A DNA stretch of 64,000 nucleotides from Psammoneis japonica (GCA_008632985.1 QPGO01000288.1:1-64000); one strand, 5' to 3'; positions 1 to 13,314 are shown, counted from the stretch's first letter. The notes: generated from the letters alone by a model not told the origin. Numbers and translations are program-made.

Positions 1-1199
1 CCAACACCACGCCAGAACTTGCATTAACGGTCAAGATCCTGGCAATGGCTTCAATTCCCTTGCTCCAGCGATCGCCTCCATGTCCTCGGGGAAACTAGCA
101 AGGCACGCAAGTAAGCCCAATGCCCAGGGCATATAATCAATCTCTTTCTGCATTCGGGAATTTCGAAGGGACTCGACAACGATCTGGGCGACCCTTGTTT
201 CACTTGCCACGGACATGCTCTCGTCGCTAACAGCTACTAATGCCCACATTGCACCGCATGCTGCAGCCATCACTCTGGCATCCGCCACGTACGTGCCCAT
301 GAGGTCTCTAATATCATACACCGCTTGGTTCTGTTCGTCCGGCGACGGCGTTTCTTGCAAAGTTGGCCCGAAATTTCTCAGCTTGTGCAACTTGCGTCGC
401 ACCAGAATCGCATCGCCTTTTATTCTGGGGTCACGGAGATCCGCAAAGATCTCCGACGTGCTTTCTTCCGTCCTGCCGCCGGTGTAATCCTCTTCTGCAA
501 CCCTGAGCGGAGGTTGTTTCGGCTGGATATGCCGCGAAGACGTACCTGATTTAAACATTTTTGAAGATTCAGGAGCGGGTCTATGGATGATTCTGAGGCT
601 GAACGATGAAGAATAAGTTCTGAGGCTGATCGGCGTTGGCGACCGTGTTCGGAAGCTGGTCGAAGATGACTGTGAGAAGAATCTCCGAAGTGTCGGTTAG
701 AAGCATCGGACACGTGTCGGTGTGATGATTCTGGTTTGTGTCTACTGGATGGATCCTGCACGTGTCTCCTGGACGAGGACGACACGTAGTCGGAGTACCA
801 GTTAAATGATGAATCTGCCATGTGTCGATGGGAAGGATCTGCGATGTCTCGTGTTGATCTTGGCCGGTGGCGCCGTGCACTATCACGTGAAGTAGAGCCT
901 CCACGTCTATCATCACGCGGAAAAGCTTGCATGTATTGGGTGTGAATGTGGGCCGGTACCGTATCAGCGTTGCAGCGAATGCAAGTGCCGTTGTAAACGT
1001 GATCGTTGCTGAGCGGTTTCATCTTCAAATACTTTTTCTCATGAGTCTTGACACCGCACCGAAGACACACTCCTCTCCTCTTTGCTATACTTTCACGTTC
1101 TGCTTGGCTGAGGGCTGTTCCGTGCTTGTCGAAATACGGAATAGCGTTGCTGTTCTGGATATTGTTGAGTTCATCGTATGGATTAGGTAGACCGGACAT
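1..1199 (-). CDS. Hypothetical protein: N-terminal CxxC...CxxC motif, Ser/His/Arg-rich linker, armadillo-like helical region; runs off the left edge
   Basis: ATG at 1199 (MSGLPNPY; CLRCG...CIRC). Overlapping ORF 31-558 gives ARM-like segments (VMAAACGAMWALV, WALGLLACLA). The two frames need a frameshift near 560-580. Confidence 0.55.
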
Positions 1200-1499
1200 T
1201 CTGAAGATTGAAAGCGATTCGATTCGTTAAGAAGCCAACTCTCAGGCTGTGTGCCAACCGAAGCTTAAAAGCCTGCTCTGCTTCACCAAAATCCCATCGG
1301 TTCGAACACACTCAAAAAGTTGGAAATCATGTTGTGCGGATTTTGTTTGGGCTCCTCCTGTGCGTACCGTACCGTGTAGGGCTACCGGTAGCCAATTGGT
1401 ATGAGTTGTTCTGACCTTCTTCCGTCGCACCTCCCGTCCCGCGCAGCGCGCGAAATCCATGACGTTGGACGCTGTTGATCTGCTCTGTACGTTGTGCAC

Positions 1500-3950
1500 A
1501 TGTTGCAGCCTTAGAGTTGCACTGGCTAGTCTTTTTAATCAATGCACTGCTGTTGAGGATGTCACTCGCTGATGGATGGAATTGTTTCTTTGCGAATCAG
1601 TCGTCGAACGAGAACTCCGATCGCGAGCTCGATGACTGTTCTCGTCATCCATTTCAGTGCAACTCAAATGAGACATGGCATTTCCAGGTGTGCATGCCAA
1701 GCAACCAGTGACCCTGTCTTGCTGCACAACTGCATGGAAATTGGCAGATCAAGATTGTAGCCGGCAGATTCGTTCCGCGCACTTCTCGTTGACGTGGGTT
1801 GTCACGTGCGTGCGCCCCACGCTGCTGCAGGTGAACCCGGAAAACTTCTTTGAGATCATTGAGATCAGTGCTCCAACCTGAAACAGCTTCAAGAATGTCA
1901 CCTCAATGGAAGACATCAAAAACATCACCCCTCTGGCTTGGTCAGGATCTGCAAACAAGGCCAAGCTCCATTGCGTCACCAGGCTTCCCCTGTTGTTGCT
2001 CGTCAGCAGATTCCACAAAGAAGACAACCAGCGGTTGGCAACCTCATTGATCACAGCATTCATGCCCACCTTCAATGACTGTGACCAAGTGCATGATGGA
2101 GACAAGAGCTGCAAGAAGGCACCACTTTTCTGTGGGCTGTGTGGCTCATGAGAAGATGCCTGCTTTTGCTCAAAGCACACCACTTCAAACGAGGTGGTTG
2201 TTCTCCAACAGCTCACTGACCTCCTTGACAAGCACGTTGTTTCCACCAGTGCAAAAACCAAACCCCCAAGGTCCAGCTTCAGATGCCTCAATGCAAGGTG
2301 TCACTTCCAGTGTTGCCAAACTCACGACCCACCTCCTGCTGTCGTCTGATCACTCTGACTGCAATGATCGACTTCAGAGCAAATCGAACAACTTCAAGAA
2401 GCTGGCTCTCAAAGCACAACAGATGATTCTGTTTGGATCTTCAGTTGATGGAGACACCAGCCCCAACGGCACTCAACAATGACATCTTGCAATGTGAGGA
2501 TGGACTGGGGCCCTTCAGAACTCCACAACCCTCTCCAACACAGCCAACAAGGCCCTCCAGAGATTGTTTTTTTTTCACCCTCGTCCAGCCGGGCAGCTTG
2601 TTTGCCACAACCCACTGACATGAGATGTGCCTTTGGATTCCTGTTGACTTTCCAGCCTTTGACTGTAGATCCCTGTTGACTTTCTAGCCTTTGAATGACA
2701 CCACTCCTTTGAGTGTCATGCCGTCACTTTTTGGCTTCTGTGTTGGAGTTTCACAGCTTGCCAGCTGGCATGCATTTAGTCTCACCAACTCTGAGCTCAC
2801 CAAGTGGCTCACAAACATGCTCCCATTGCTGTTAACCACCATCACCATGTCAGCCGGGTGCAGAAGCTAAAAAGTGAGCACAGGACCTGCAACCCAAACT
2901 GAGTTGCAAACACAAATTCACCATGTCATCCACCATTGTCAGTGCATCTTACACTGCAACTTTGTCTGTCTGTCCTGTGAAAACTGCTTCTGACCCCAAT
3001 GTTCCAACAATTGCATCTCAGCAGGTGCAAACAACACATTGCAGTTTTTGCATGGGGGGTGCATGCCAAGTTGGGGGGGTCTCAATTGGTGCAGTGCCGC
3101 TCTTTCACAGACAAGAAAGGAGCCCCAGTTGTTGTGACATCAGATGTGATCCAATGTGGAGGAATTCTCCCTGATGCTTGAATGTGATGCTTGGTTGTGG
3201 CAATGGCACACAATGCAAAAAAGCTGGGTGGTGCCCCCTCTGCTGTGTGTGCTGCTTTTGCCACACAGGTGTGGAGACAAAGCAAATTTTGGAATGTGAC
3301 CACAAGGAACATGATGTGCTGGAGTCTTTGCAAGTTGTGTCCAGTGCATTGCTGCATGTGTGAAGGATGCACATCAAACTTGAGGGATTTTTCAGTGGCT
3401 GGCACTTCTTGTTGAAGAACATCTTTTTTGAGGAGCAGCACAGGGCTGTCAAAGGAGCAGCCCCCCCAGTGGTGACATCAGAAACTGTCCACCATGGTAA
3501 AACACCCCTGTTGTTCATTCAAATGATCCAGAGATGCCAGGACATGCCAATGACAGACATGCAATGCAAAGCCAGATGCCCACAGGTGGCGCCCCATCTG
3601 CTGTGCATGATGCTGCCTTTGCCACAGGTGCAATGAAACAAATGTCCTGAATGGCCACAGCATCATTTTGAGCTTGAACTTGCACAACCACAATCCTTTT
3701 TGTCTTGGCATCATTGCAGCAAAAAGTCTCAGGACATGCCAGTTTGCACAGGTGTGCAGCAAGCACTGCAATGCCAAAGATTGGCAAAACTGCCAAGGGG
3801 CATGCAACACGGCAGATTGGAAGCATTGCATGAATTTGCTGTGTGCTTGAGACCATGCTCATCATCTCCAGAGGGCTGTGCAAATTAGATGTCTTTTCTT
3901 CGCCCAGGGAAACATGGTGGAATGGTGTGCGCACTCCAAAAAAGCATTCT
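1500..3950. mobile_element. Degenerate repeat/TE relic (CpG- and TpA-depleted), family unassigned
   Basis: Composition shift to TG/CA-rich sequence; only short overlapping Cys/His/Gln-rich, Tyr-poor ORFs; same signature as the recognisable TE relics elsewhere in the window. Confidence 0.5.
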
Positions 3951-4226
3951 TTACGAAGCGAACCTAGACTTTGACAAGCGTGTCTTACAATCCAGTCTGT
4001 TTCAGGTGCTGTAGCGCATGTTTATCCGACTATTTCATACGTTGTAGCTTTGTAGCTAAGATTACCACTGTTGCACTTTCTCTCTCTCTCGATCGAAAAG
4101 TAAGGTGCGTGTGCACGCGAGAAGAAGCTAGGGCCCTGCACTACTGAGGTTCTTCACGAGGTTTTGGAGCGGAACAAAACCCTGAAATATGTTTCAGTTA
4201 CGTGCAAGTTGAACACAATCGCTATG

Positions 4227-5774
4227 TTAGCTATCTGAGTCTGCTAATAACTCTTCCACCTGATCATGTGAGACATCTTTGACACTCTTGTGGCTCCATC
4301 CGCTGTAAGGAACATCTTCCTTTCCGCTGGCCGCATGCTTCGCCCAGTTCTGAAAGTCCTTCATCCCAAACAGCTTCAACTGGACATTCTTTTCCCGCTT
4401 GATACAGCTCTCCAACGTTTCTCCTTGGTTTGCTCCCAGCTTTAATAGACTAAACACGACACTGAGCGACAGTGGGCACTGAGCCTCCATGCGTCTTAAA
4501 AGGTCCGCCGCAACCTTGATACCCTCCAGCTCTTCCTCGTTGTCTGTTCTCGTAGATGCCACTTCTCTTAGGCCCTCCATAATACCCTCCACGGACGGTT
4601 GGCGATCAAAAATATGTGCAAATGTGGCAGCGTAATTCACCAAGTCACTCTCGCGTTCTGCCTCCCACGGAACGCTATCCACAACCAAAGACGGGTCTTT
4701 GCCCTCCAATTGTTCAAAGCCGGCAAACTTTCCAGTGCTGTCGGTCCACATGTCACGATTAGACGCGTGGTATACTGTAAAGGCATGCAAGGCATTGGCA
4801 ACGGCACGGTTTCGAAACTTGGCATTTGCATCTCCCTTGGGTGGTGCCTCACCCATCATGCGGGGCTTGTCCTTGATTATTGCTTGTTGATTCCAGGGAC
4901 TAATGTCGGAGAGCGTTCGTTCCAACGCTCCCAACACTGTGTGCGACTCTACGTAATTTGTAGCCAGTCCGGTTTCCATCATGTCCGATGCATTGGCTTG
5001 ATAACCAGTCAAGGCCAAGAGTTTGCCCAATCCGCTGTAATCCGCGCAGGGCAACGCGAACTCCCAGCCAAGCCGTGGTAACATGTAGGAAAGTCCAATG
5101 GGATCCAACGACAAGCCCTTGGAGGGGTTCGTAATGGAAAAAGATGTCTGCCGAGTAGCCAAAACATAACTACCCATACAGAAAGCATACCCTCCGTCGT
5201 GAACGTGTCCGTGTGGCAACGTAATGACGGGAACTCGAGTTTCCATTTGATCGCCCCGCGTCGCAAGAGCTAATTGCTCCAGCGAGTTTAACAGAAACAA
5301 GAGTGCAGATTTATCATGACACATGCCCGGCGTATAAACGTGGATAGGATTGTATCCGCCAGCCACATGACCGCCTTTGTCTGGAGTAAACCCAAAATCA
5401 GCGAGATCCACCTGATACCTCTCTGTCTCTCGGCAGGATTCTGGAAGCACCAGAGGGTTATCCTCGTGACTGTTGGATGCAATCAAGACGCTGTTGATAC
5501 CATCATTCTTTGACAAGACCTTGATGCGGTACGCCAGTCCCTCTAGTTCTTCTCCCGTCAAGAATGAGGCACGCAGAAACACTCGCCTCGTACAGCCAAC
5601 CTGACGAATCGCAGCCCCAGCAGAACCAAACTCCAAGCCTCGTGTGGGGATTTTCAGAGCCGAATCTGGAGCAGACGCTTTTCTGGCTTCTATTTTAGTG
5701 ATGCGGGCATTTCTAGCAGCAGTTTTGCGGGCAAAGCTGGAATAAGCCGTGGCTGCAGCCGTCGACGTTGACAT
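4227..5774 (-). CDS. Enoyl-CoA hydratase/3-hydroxyisobutyryl-CoA hydrolase-like protein (crotonase fold), probably mitochondrial
   Basis: Intronless ORF with likely start MSTSTAAATAY at 5774. Motifs HGHVHDGGYAF, GLSLDPIGLSYMLPRL, LALTGYQANASDMMETGLATNYV and CPLSLSVVFSLL...LESCIKRE match the HIBCH-type ECH family. Confidence 0.75.
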   Translation of the reverse strand: MSTSTAAATAYSSFARKTAARNARITKIEARKASAPDSALKIPTRGLEFGSAGAAIRQVGCTRRVFLRASFLTGEELEGLAYRIKVLSKNDGINSVLIASNSHEDNPLVLPESCRETERYQVDLADFGFTPDKGGHVAGGYNPIHVYTPGMCHDKSALLFLLNSLEQLALATRGDQMETRVPVITLPHGHVHDGGYAFCMGSYVLATRQTSFSITNPSKGLSLDPIGLSYMLPRLGWEFALPCADYSGLGKLLALTGYQANASDMMETGLATNYVESHTVLGALERTLSDISPWNQQAIIKDKPRMMGEAPPKGDANAKFRNRAVANALHAFTVYHASNRDMWTDSTGKFAGFEQLEGKDPSLVVDSVPWEAERESDLVNYAATFAHIFDRQPSVEGIMEGLREVASTRTDNEEELEGIKVAADLLRRMEAQCPLSLSVVFSLLKLGANQGETLESCIKREKNVQLKLFGMKDFQNWAKHAASGKEDVPYSGWSHKSVKDVSHDQVEELLADSDS

Positions 5775-6043
5775 GGTCAAGATCAATGAATGAGGACGAG
5801 TTGTGTGATGTGTGATTGAGGCGTGAGGCTGATGACGACTTGCATCGTACTGTACAGACAGATGCTCGGCAATGTGAAAACACACACCTAATGATCGGAC
5901 ATGACAACACCACCGCAATCGCACGTAGAAAAGGACGTGAAAAACGTACTGACGTCCCCACGTACTTTGTCCCGTATCTTTTTACGTTCAACGCCGTTCG
6001 TTGGCACAAACACTGGCGATTGTTGCTGCCGTTCATCATCACC

Positions 6044-6425
6044 ATGTTGGGTCGCGCCGCTGCTGTTCGGACTGTTGCCACGAGGGCAGCCTCCAAGAGG
6101 GCCATGTCATCGGAGCCAAAGATGCACAAGGCCAAGGACCTGTGGCCTGAGTTGGTAAAGACTCGTCCCGTCGATCCTCATCCGCATGTAAGCAGTGTTC
6201 GTATTCTTTTTCAATTAGGAAATTGATATATTTCGTATTTGCATTTTTCGTATTCCTTGTTCTCACGCATCTCATTTCTTTTCTTTTTCGACACAGCCCG
6301 TCTTTGAGCCTCCGTATAACAAGGTTGTATCAGCAGTTGCGGTTACTGTAGTTGTTGTTGCCGGGTATGGACTCATGTATGGAGGTATGCGTCATCAGCA
6401 GTACAAGCAGGGATACTGGAAGTAA
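6044..6425 (+). CDS. Small (90 aa) single-TM protein with mitochondrial-type presequence
   Basis: Exon 6044-6187, GT-AG intron 6188-6296, exon 6297-6425, in frame. MLGRAAAVRTVATRAASKRAMSS...PVFEPPYNK-VVSAVAVTVVVVAGYGLMY-GGMRHQQYKQGYWK*. Confidence 0.75.
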
Positions 6426-6701
6426 ACGAGCAAACCGATTGCTGTTATCCTCCGTCGCTGTAAATTTCCTCTTCTTTTAGTAGATATTCAATTGAAGATA
6501 CTACTACCTTTTCGAACTTTTTGTTATTTGTTGCAAGCGCCCATTGTGTGCATGGAGCGTTTATCTTTTTTGTTTTGTGGGACCTGTGCTTAAGGTATTG
6601 CTCAGGATTGCAAAGAAAATGTTATGATGATTACAGTACGTTCGATGATTAGACAAAATTGATTAACATTTTCTCCGTCAGGTTTGCTTGTGAACACACG
6701 T

Positions 6702-9700
6702 TTAAGAAGAAGTGGCTTCACAGAACTTCCTTGCGTTCTGGAACATCTGTAACCAAGGACCAGCCGCAAGGTCCTTCCATTCCGGTGGAGTCCACGGCCA
6801 CTGCCAGGTCGTAAAGACACGCTCCGGATGAGGCATCATGGCCAAATGCCGTCCATCCTTGGAACAAAGAGCGGCAATACCGTCGGGACTGCCATTGGGA
6901 TTGAAGGGATACTCCTCCGTCACTTCGTTTGTATCATTGACGTATCGCAAGGGTACTTGGTTTTCCTTGCGCACGGAATCGTAGACAGACTCGTCTGGAA
7001 AGTGGAAGCGGCCTTCACCGTGTGCCACCCAAATACCAAGAGACGAACCCTCCATCCCCTAAAGGTACGACCAAGCAAGCAACTCATGAGAAACCAAGCA
7101 GAAACGAATATAATATATCGAAAACACAACGGAACTTACCGAGAACATAATGGCAGGGCTCTCCTGAATCTGAACACTGGAGAAGCGGCTTTCGAACTTG
7201 CCACTATCATTCTCGAGCAATCTAGGCTGCTTGTCCTCGGGTAGACCTGCACTATCCGGGATCCATCCGAGCAGCGCCATGAGCTGGCATCCATTGCATA
7301 CCCCCAAACTAAAGGTATCTGACCTCTGCCGGAAGGCTTCGAACTGCTTGTACACATTCTCGTTGAATTTGATCACTCCAGCCCATCCCTTGCCACTGTC
7401 AAGAACATCGGCAAACGAGAAGCCTCCAACAAAGACGATACCACGGAAAATATCGAGGGTGACCTTTCCAGTGACAAGATCACTGACTGCTACATCCCAC
7501 GCCTCAAAACCGGCAGACAAAAAGGCAGAGATCATTTCTCGGTCTCCATTGCTGCCTTCTTGACGAATCACCGCAACCTTGTACTTGTCTTGCTGTTTCA
7601 TGATGGCTTCCTCGGTTGGCGCGGGGGTGTATGTCAATTTCCACTGCGGCGCTTGGCGAGACTTGAGCCCGGCTTCTTCTTGCGCCACGCAAACCGGGTT
7701 TCTCTGGCGCTTTTCTAGGTGAAAGCTGGTTGCCTCCCAAACATCGCGAAGAACAGTCATTTTGTCGTCAATGCTTGGCGCACCGTCACCCACAGCAATC
7801 TTGATAAAGTCTCCAGCGCTGACGCTTCCAATCTCTTCGCAGGGAACACCGGCAGCAGTGTACTTGGCAACGACAGAAGCAACATTAGAACCCGCAACTT
7901 CAAGAACCAATCCAGCTTCCTCGTTGAAGAGAGTACCGACATATCCGACTCCCGCCGAGTCTGGCACCTTGACGTCAATGGAACAGTTTCCGGCAAACGC
8001 CATTTCCATCAAAGTCACTGCGAGTCCACCATCGGATCGATCGTGTCCGGCAAGAATGGTACGCTCGTCAATCAACTCTTGCGTCACGATAAAAGCACTC
8101 TTGAGTACCCGCAAAGTCTTCGATATCGGGCTGTCGTTTCCAATCTGACTGTACACCTGCGCAAGCGACGATCCTCCGAGACGTGCCTTGCCCTTGCACA
8201 AGTCGACAAAGAGTAGCTTGGAGTCACCGGGACACTTGAGGTCTGGAGTGACAGTCTTGGTAATGTCTGGACACGTCACATAGCACGTCATGGTGAGTTC
8301 ACCGGGAGCCTTGACAACCTCTTCACCACAACGCGCCGCCATGGAGAGTGAGTCCTTGCCTCCGTCAATACCACATCCAAGCGCCAGGAATGAATCACGC
8401 AGTGCCTGACACGCATCGTACATTTTGGCTCCCTCCCCGGGCAGCTTGGCGGCATACATCCAGTTGCCACTGGCCTTGATATCTTCAATTTTCGAAATCT
8501 TGGCCCATACGAGATTTGTCATGGACTCGGCAACCGTCATGCGGGCCATTGCCGCAGAATCAATGAGACCCTTGATGGGCTGTTCGCCACAAGCGACGGC
8601 CGTTCCCGTAATGCCAAAGTGTGTATGAGCCGTGACACCGAGATTGGCAAGGGGGAGTTGGAGAGGACCGACGCATGGCTGCTGAGCCACAAGACCCGTC
8701 ACGGAGCGATCAACCTGACAAGACGACAAGTGTAGAACAAGAGGTAAGTCAAGATATGGTAAAGCAACACACTTCTATCCGACAAGGTTCTTTTTTCTCA
8801 CCTTGTGCACAAGAAAGCGCTTGGACCCGACCGACAAGAGTCGAAGCACACGGTCCACCGCATCCGACACGGTGGTTCCTTCGGGTAGAACAAGCGGTTT
8901 CAAGTCCATGGTCTGATGGTCATCCACAAAGGTCTTTTGAGGCATTTTACCAAGAACAAGTTCCAGGGGCAAGTCCACCGGAGTGCTCCCATCCTCAGAA
9001 TCGTGCACCACCACCTTTCCATCTCCCGTCACGGCGCCCAAGATGCGAATGGGACAATTCTCACGCTCGGCAATCTCTTTGAATACCGCTTCGTCGGACG
9101 GACGAATGAGAAGCGCATTGTTTTCCTGGTATTCAGCTCCCCAAATTTCCAGTACTGACAAGGTGTTGTCACCAAGATAGACCTTGAAATAGTTTTAAGT
9201 AGGAACGAGTTGAAGTTGTTGTTTAGAATCGGATACGTATCCTCGAGCATGCACCACAAAAACAAACTGCAACACAAAAAACAAACAACTCACCTTTCGG
9301 ATATCATACGACGCCCCCGCTGGTTCGACAATTTCCTTCAACACGTTACCGTTTCCACCGGCACCCTGATCGTGTACGGAAACAATTGGATTCTTATCTC
9401 CCAAATCACAACACGCCCGCATGAGACGGTTCATGCGGTTTTCCATTTCCGCATCACCCCGCTGCACGGCATCAAAGTCCAAATCGGCATTTTCCGAACT
9501 CTGTACACGAGACGACGCGGCCCCACCACCGATACCAATACGATACGCCGGTCCACCCACCTTGACCACCAACATGTCCTTTTCGGGTTCCCCCTTGGTG
9601 GTGTGTCGTCCATCCAATTGTCCAACACCGGCTGAAAACATAATGGGTTTGACCCATTCAAAGCGTTCCCCATTTTCCAATCGCAACCCAAACGACCGTG

Positions 9701-11015
9701 TAAATCCATGAATGACGGGTTCACCGTATTTGTTTCCATAATCCGACGCTCCGTCACTGGCCTTGATTTCAATATCCAACGGCGACGCCAAATTGGACGG
9801 GTACACAAACGAATCGTCTTCCCACGGCAAATCGTAGGATGGAATGTGGAGATTGCCGACACAATACGAGGACACTCCCGCCACGGGATAGGCCCCACGG
9901 CCCGTCGCCATGACATCACGAAGCCGTCCACCCGTACCCGTTTCGGCACCGGGAAAGGGAGCGACGCCACTGGGAAAATTGTGTGTTTCCGCCGTCAAAA
10001 TGGGATGCAACAATTGCTTTTCCACTTGAACGGGACCGGCTTGATTCACACGAGCTGGACGCAAGGCGTCACATTCGTAGCCGTAAATAGAGGAGGAATT
10101 GTCATGAAAGGCAATAACAGAATTGTTGGGCACGTCCTTGGGCAAGGTCGCCTTGACCATTTCAAAGAGCGTCAGTGGTTTCTCCTCGCCGTCAATGACC
10201 ATTTTGCCACCGAAAAACCAATGACGAGAATGCTCCGAATTGGATTGGCCCATGTCAAAGCATTCCACATCGGTCGGATCGCGGCCTAGCTTTTCCTGTA
10301 AACAAAGAGAAAGAAGCAGTTGAATTTGATGAAATTGCGTTTTTCTCTTCTCAGAAATCACATCCATACACACAAATTTCATTTTCCTTACCTTGAATAG
10401 ATTGGTATAATAATCCAAATCAAAGTCATCAAATCCCAATCCCCGCTCGGCGTTAATCTTTTCCAAGGCCGCTCGTCCCTCTGTCATGATGGGTACCGTC
10501 ACAACGGGTTCTCGGTGTGCTCCCGAATCAAAGGTTTGGAGAGGCTCGGTGTATTCCTGCTGTGTCATTTTGTCGTGCAGCAACAACTTGATTTGTTGGA
10601 GCGCGTCTTGAGATAATGGATTTACTAAATCAAATTGATATCGCAAGGACCGTTCCAATCTCGATACAGGCAAGTGACACGCCTTGCAAATCCCCACCGC
10701 GTTGGACGAAAACGCAGACGTAAATGTCATGCGTGGTCCAAATTCCATCACTAGACTATTGTCGTTGTTGGAGAGTGCACTCTGTTCCAACAAGAGTCCA
10801 TCTCGATCAAAGGTTTCTGCCAAGAGCCATTCCAATTGTTGTGTTTGTTCTTGCGTCAATTCCTTTTGAAGCTGGATATTAAAACACGTTTCCGTGGCAA
10901 TCGCTTGAATGAGAGACGCGTCCGCCTCGAGTCCAACCGACGCAAGTGTTTCCTTGACGGACGGCAAGAGCGAATGCGATGGTTCGGTTTTGCGATAATA
11001 GTGAATAATAGACAT
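6702..11015 (-). CDS. PFAS: Phosphoribosylformylglycinamidine synthase (large PurL/PFAS), multi-exon
   Basis: Motifs QSNSEHSRHWFF, AETHNFP, GAETGTGGRLRD, HDQGAGG, GGKDSLSM, HDRSDGG, glutaminase GVCNGCQ, AHGEG, MMPHPER. Introns at about 10298-10392, 9178-9293, 8716-8801 and 7060-7139. Confidence 0.96.
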
Positions 11016-11323
11016 GATGTTGTATATGGGTGTTGTTGTTAGAATGAGAGTTGGAATTGCGAAGTTGTGTTATGTTGGTGTTGCTTGTGTTGCTTTTTCG
11101 TTTGGATGGACTACCGTGATGTTTTCGTAGAATTCTACGTGAGTTGTACTACCAGATACCGACAGTACGTCCGTGACCCGCTCCAGCCAGCCAGAGATGC
11201 GATCTTTCTTTCTCTGGCCGTCGTCCGAAAAAGATACCATACGATCTATGCGATATGCGATGGACGACGATGACAACACAAGCTGACAACGCAATCTGTT
11301 CACAGTTCATCAACAGCAGCAGC

Positions 11324-11527
11324 AACCATGTCGTCGGAAGAGCATCAAGACACCACTACTACTCCTACTACCCCACCTTCTTCTGCTGTTGCTGAGAAGA
11401 AACGTCCGCTTGGTGACACCACCACCACCATGTCGTCGGAAGAGCAACAAGACACTACTACTCCTACTGCTGCTACTACCCCGTCTTCTTCTTCTTCTGT
11501 TGCTGAGAAGAAACGTCCGCTGGGTGA
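11324..11527 (+). repeat. ~100-bp direct duplication of the DEK N-terminus
   Basis: accatgtcgtcggaagagca..caagacac..ctgttgctgagaagaaacgtccgct.ggtga occurs twice (ATGs at 11328 and 11430). Confidence 0.9.
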
Positions 11528-12371
11528 GTACGACAAGGATCCCATTCTTCAAGGCGGAGGCAAACGCGTTCGTAAGTCCGCCGAGTCCTTTAAACCAGAA
11601 GCCTACGACAAGGCTCCCGTCGAGCTTGTCTATCAGGGACAGGGCACGCGTCTGGGGGATATCGAATCGACCGCCCATCATGTCGATTCGGTACTCAAGC
11701 CGCACGAGCTACTCACGGTGCATCGCTTTTTGTACGGAAGGCGTGCCAAGGTTTCCAACAAGGAAATGAAAAGTGACATTTTGAACTTTAGTGGGTATCT
11801 CAAACCAACGTCGGAAGAAGATGCGGAACGCTTTAATCATGATGTGGAGGTGTGTTGTAGTTGATGTTATTATTCTTTCTGTTTTTGAATTGAAAAACTG
11901 ACGTGATCTCTCTATTCGTTTTTCTCAATTCAGGCCAAAATGACGGCTCGTGCCAACAAGCACAAGCTTGCCGAAATCAAGGCGCTCTGCGATGCACTCC
12001 AGGTGGACCGCCGTTCCAGCAACAATGACAAGTCACTCAAAACCAAGGAAGATTTTTGCGATTGTCTCTTGGAATTCTTGGCGGAACCCAAGGAGGAACT
12101 CACCAAGGGCAATACCAAAAAGAAGACGAAAAACAAAAAGACGAGTGCCAACAAGAATAATGATGACGACAACGACGACGACATTGTCTTGGAGTATGGC
12201 AAAATGCCCAACGACAAGGCCTTGCGTAAATGGGTCAAGGCATATGTTACGTGTTGGAATCTCGACAAGGCCACGACCAAACACGCCATGGAAGTAGCGA
12301 GTGACAAGTTTGGTGTCGACTTGTCCGAGAAAAAGAGTGTCATCAAGGAAATGCTAAAGGAAGAAATGTAA
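11328..12371 (+). CDS. DEK: DEK-like chromatin protein with C-terminal DEK_C domain
   Basis: Exons 11328-11849 and 11934-12371 join in frame. GQGTRLGDI, HRFLYGR, ILNFSG, and the DEK_C-like NLDKATTKHAMEVASDKFGVDLSEKKSVIKEML. Confidence 0.75.
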
Positions 12372-12504
12372 TGAATATGAGTGTAGTAATATTTTAGAAA
12401 GAAAATTACAATGGGGAAGCTGTACTCTGTTTCTATTTTTGTGTTCTACACCATGCTTTACTACTTGATATGATTCTCTCTACTACAAACTACAACTCAT
12501 CCTC

Positions 12505-13056
12505 TCAACCAAACAATCCCCAATTGTGAACTTGCAGCGACGACACAATGTGTGTAAAGACGTCATTCCACTCTTGTTGCTGATTTGTTGGCTGTGTGCT
12601 TGGTACCGATAGGGTAATGAGCAAATCGGTCGACACTGAATCGAGTCGAATGACACACAGCGCGGTGGCAATGGTTTCGTTGCGAATGGTTTGCATTCCC
12701 GATCCGAATCGTGCCACTGCTCTTTTGCCTTGCAAAGATGCATGTAGGGGTGCAGCAATTCCATCATTGTTGTTTTGAAATTGTGTATGCGTCGATCCGT
12801 TCGTTTCCGCCAAATCCATAAAGTAAAATCGTGCCAAATCGTCCGAAGAGTGTTGTTGCAAAATCTCCACCACGAGTGCGGCTTCAAATAGGTTGGAATT
12901 GGGAATGACATTTTGAAAGACTTCTTGATGATCGGGAACTTGACGAACCGTACTGACATCTCTCCATGTGGATGGTATATCACATGACATGCTACCGCCA
13001 AACAAGGGGTGTGCTGTAGACCAAGACAAGGTTGTTGTTGGTGTTGGTGTTGTCAT
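12505..13056 (-). CDS. MOG1: Ran guanine nucleotide release factor (MOG1/PsbP-like)
   Basis: LFGGSMSCDIPSTWRDVSTVRQVPDHQEVF, VVEILQ, FMDLAETN, IRLDSVSTDLLITL, SLQVHNWGLFG; likely ATG 13056. Confidence 0.88.
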   Translation of the reverse strand: MTTPTPTTTLSWSTAHPLFGGSMSCDIPSTWRDVSTVRQVPDHQEVFQNVIPNSNLFEAALVVEILQQHSSDDLARFYFMDLAETNGSTHTQFQNNNDGIAAPLHASLQGKRAVARFGSGMQTIRNETIATALCVIRLDSVSTDLLITLSVPSTQPTNQQQEWNDVFTHIVSSLQVHNWGLFG

Positions 13057-13314
13057 GGTGTTGTGTTGTGTTGTGGGGCTGCTGGTGCTAAACACGAGAA
13101 TTGGATGAAAAAACGAAAAAAGCTTTGAAAAAAGAAAAAACCAAGAAAAAGGCATTTTTCAAAAAAAAAGAAAAAGAGGAAACGCGCCAGAAAATCTGTC
13201 GTACAAACTGTACCACGCCAAAACGCATGTACAATCTACGAACCGTCTGGTATTCTGCAAATGCCGATGGCATGTCATCACTCATCACTTTTTTTTCTGT
13301 CGTCGTAATCCACC

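Noticed and set aside
1749..2291. Possible tyrosine-recombinase remnant (SQSLKVG..NRW)
   Set aside because: Similarity is too weak to support a family call by eye.
8105..8135. FGAM synthase segment SPISKTLRVL suggesting a divergent loop or recoding
   Set aside because: One missing C and one extra G in short homopolymers restore SPDIEDFAVL; a compensating indel pair is most simply a sequencing error.
13101..13314. Lys-rich N-terminus of ORF 13101-13982
   Set aside because: A-rich divergent promoter region read through by chance; the spliced model from ATG 13315 gives the proper thioredoxin fold.
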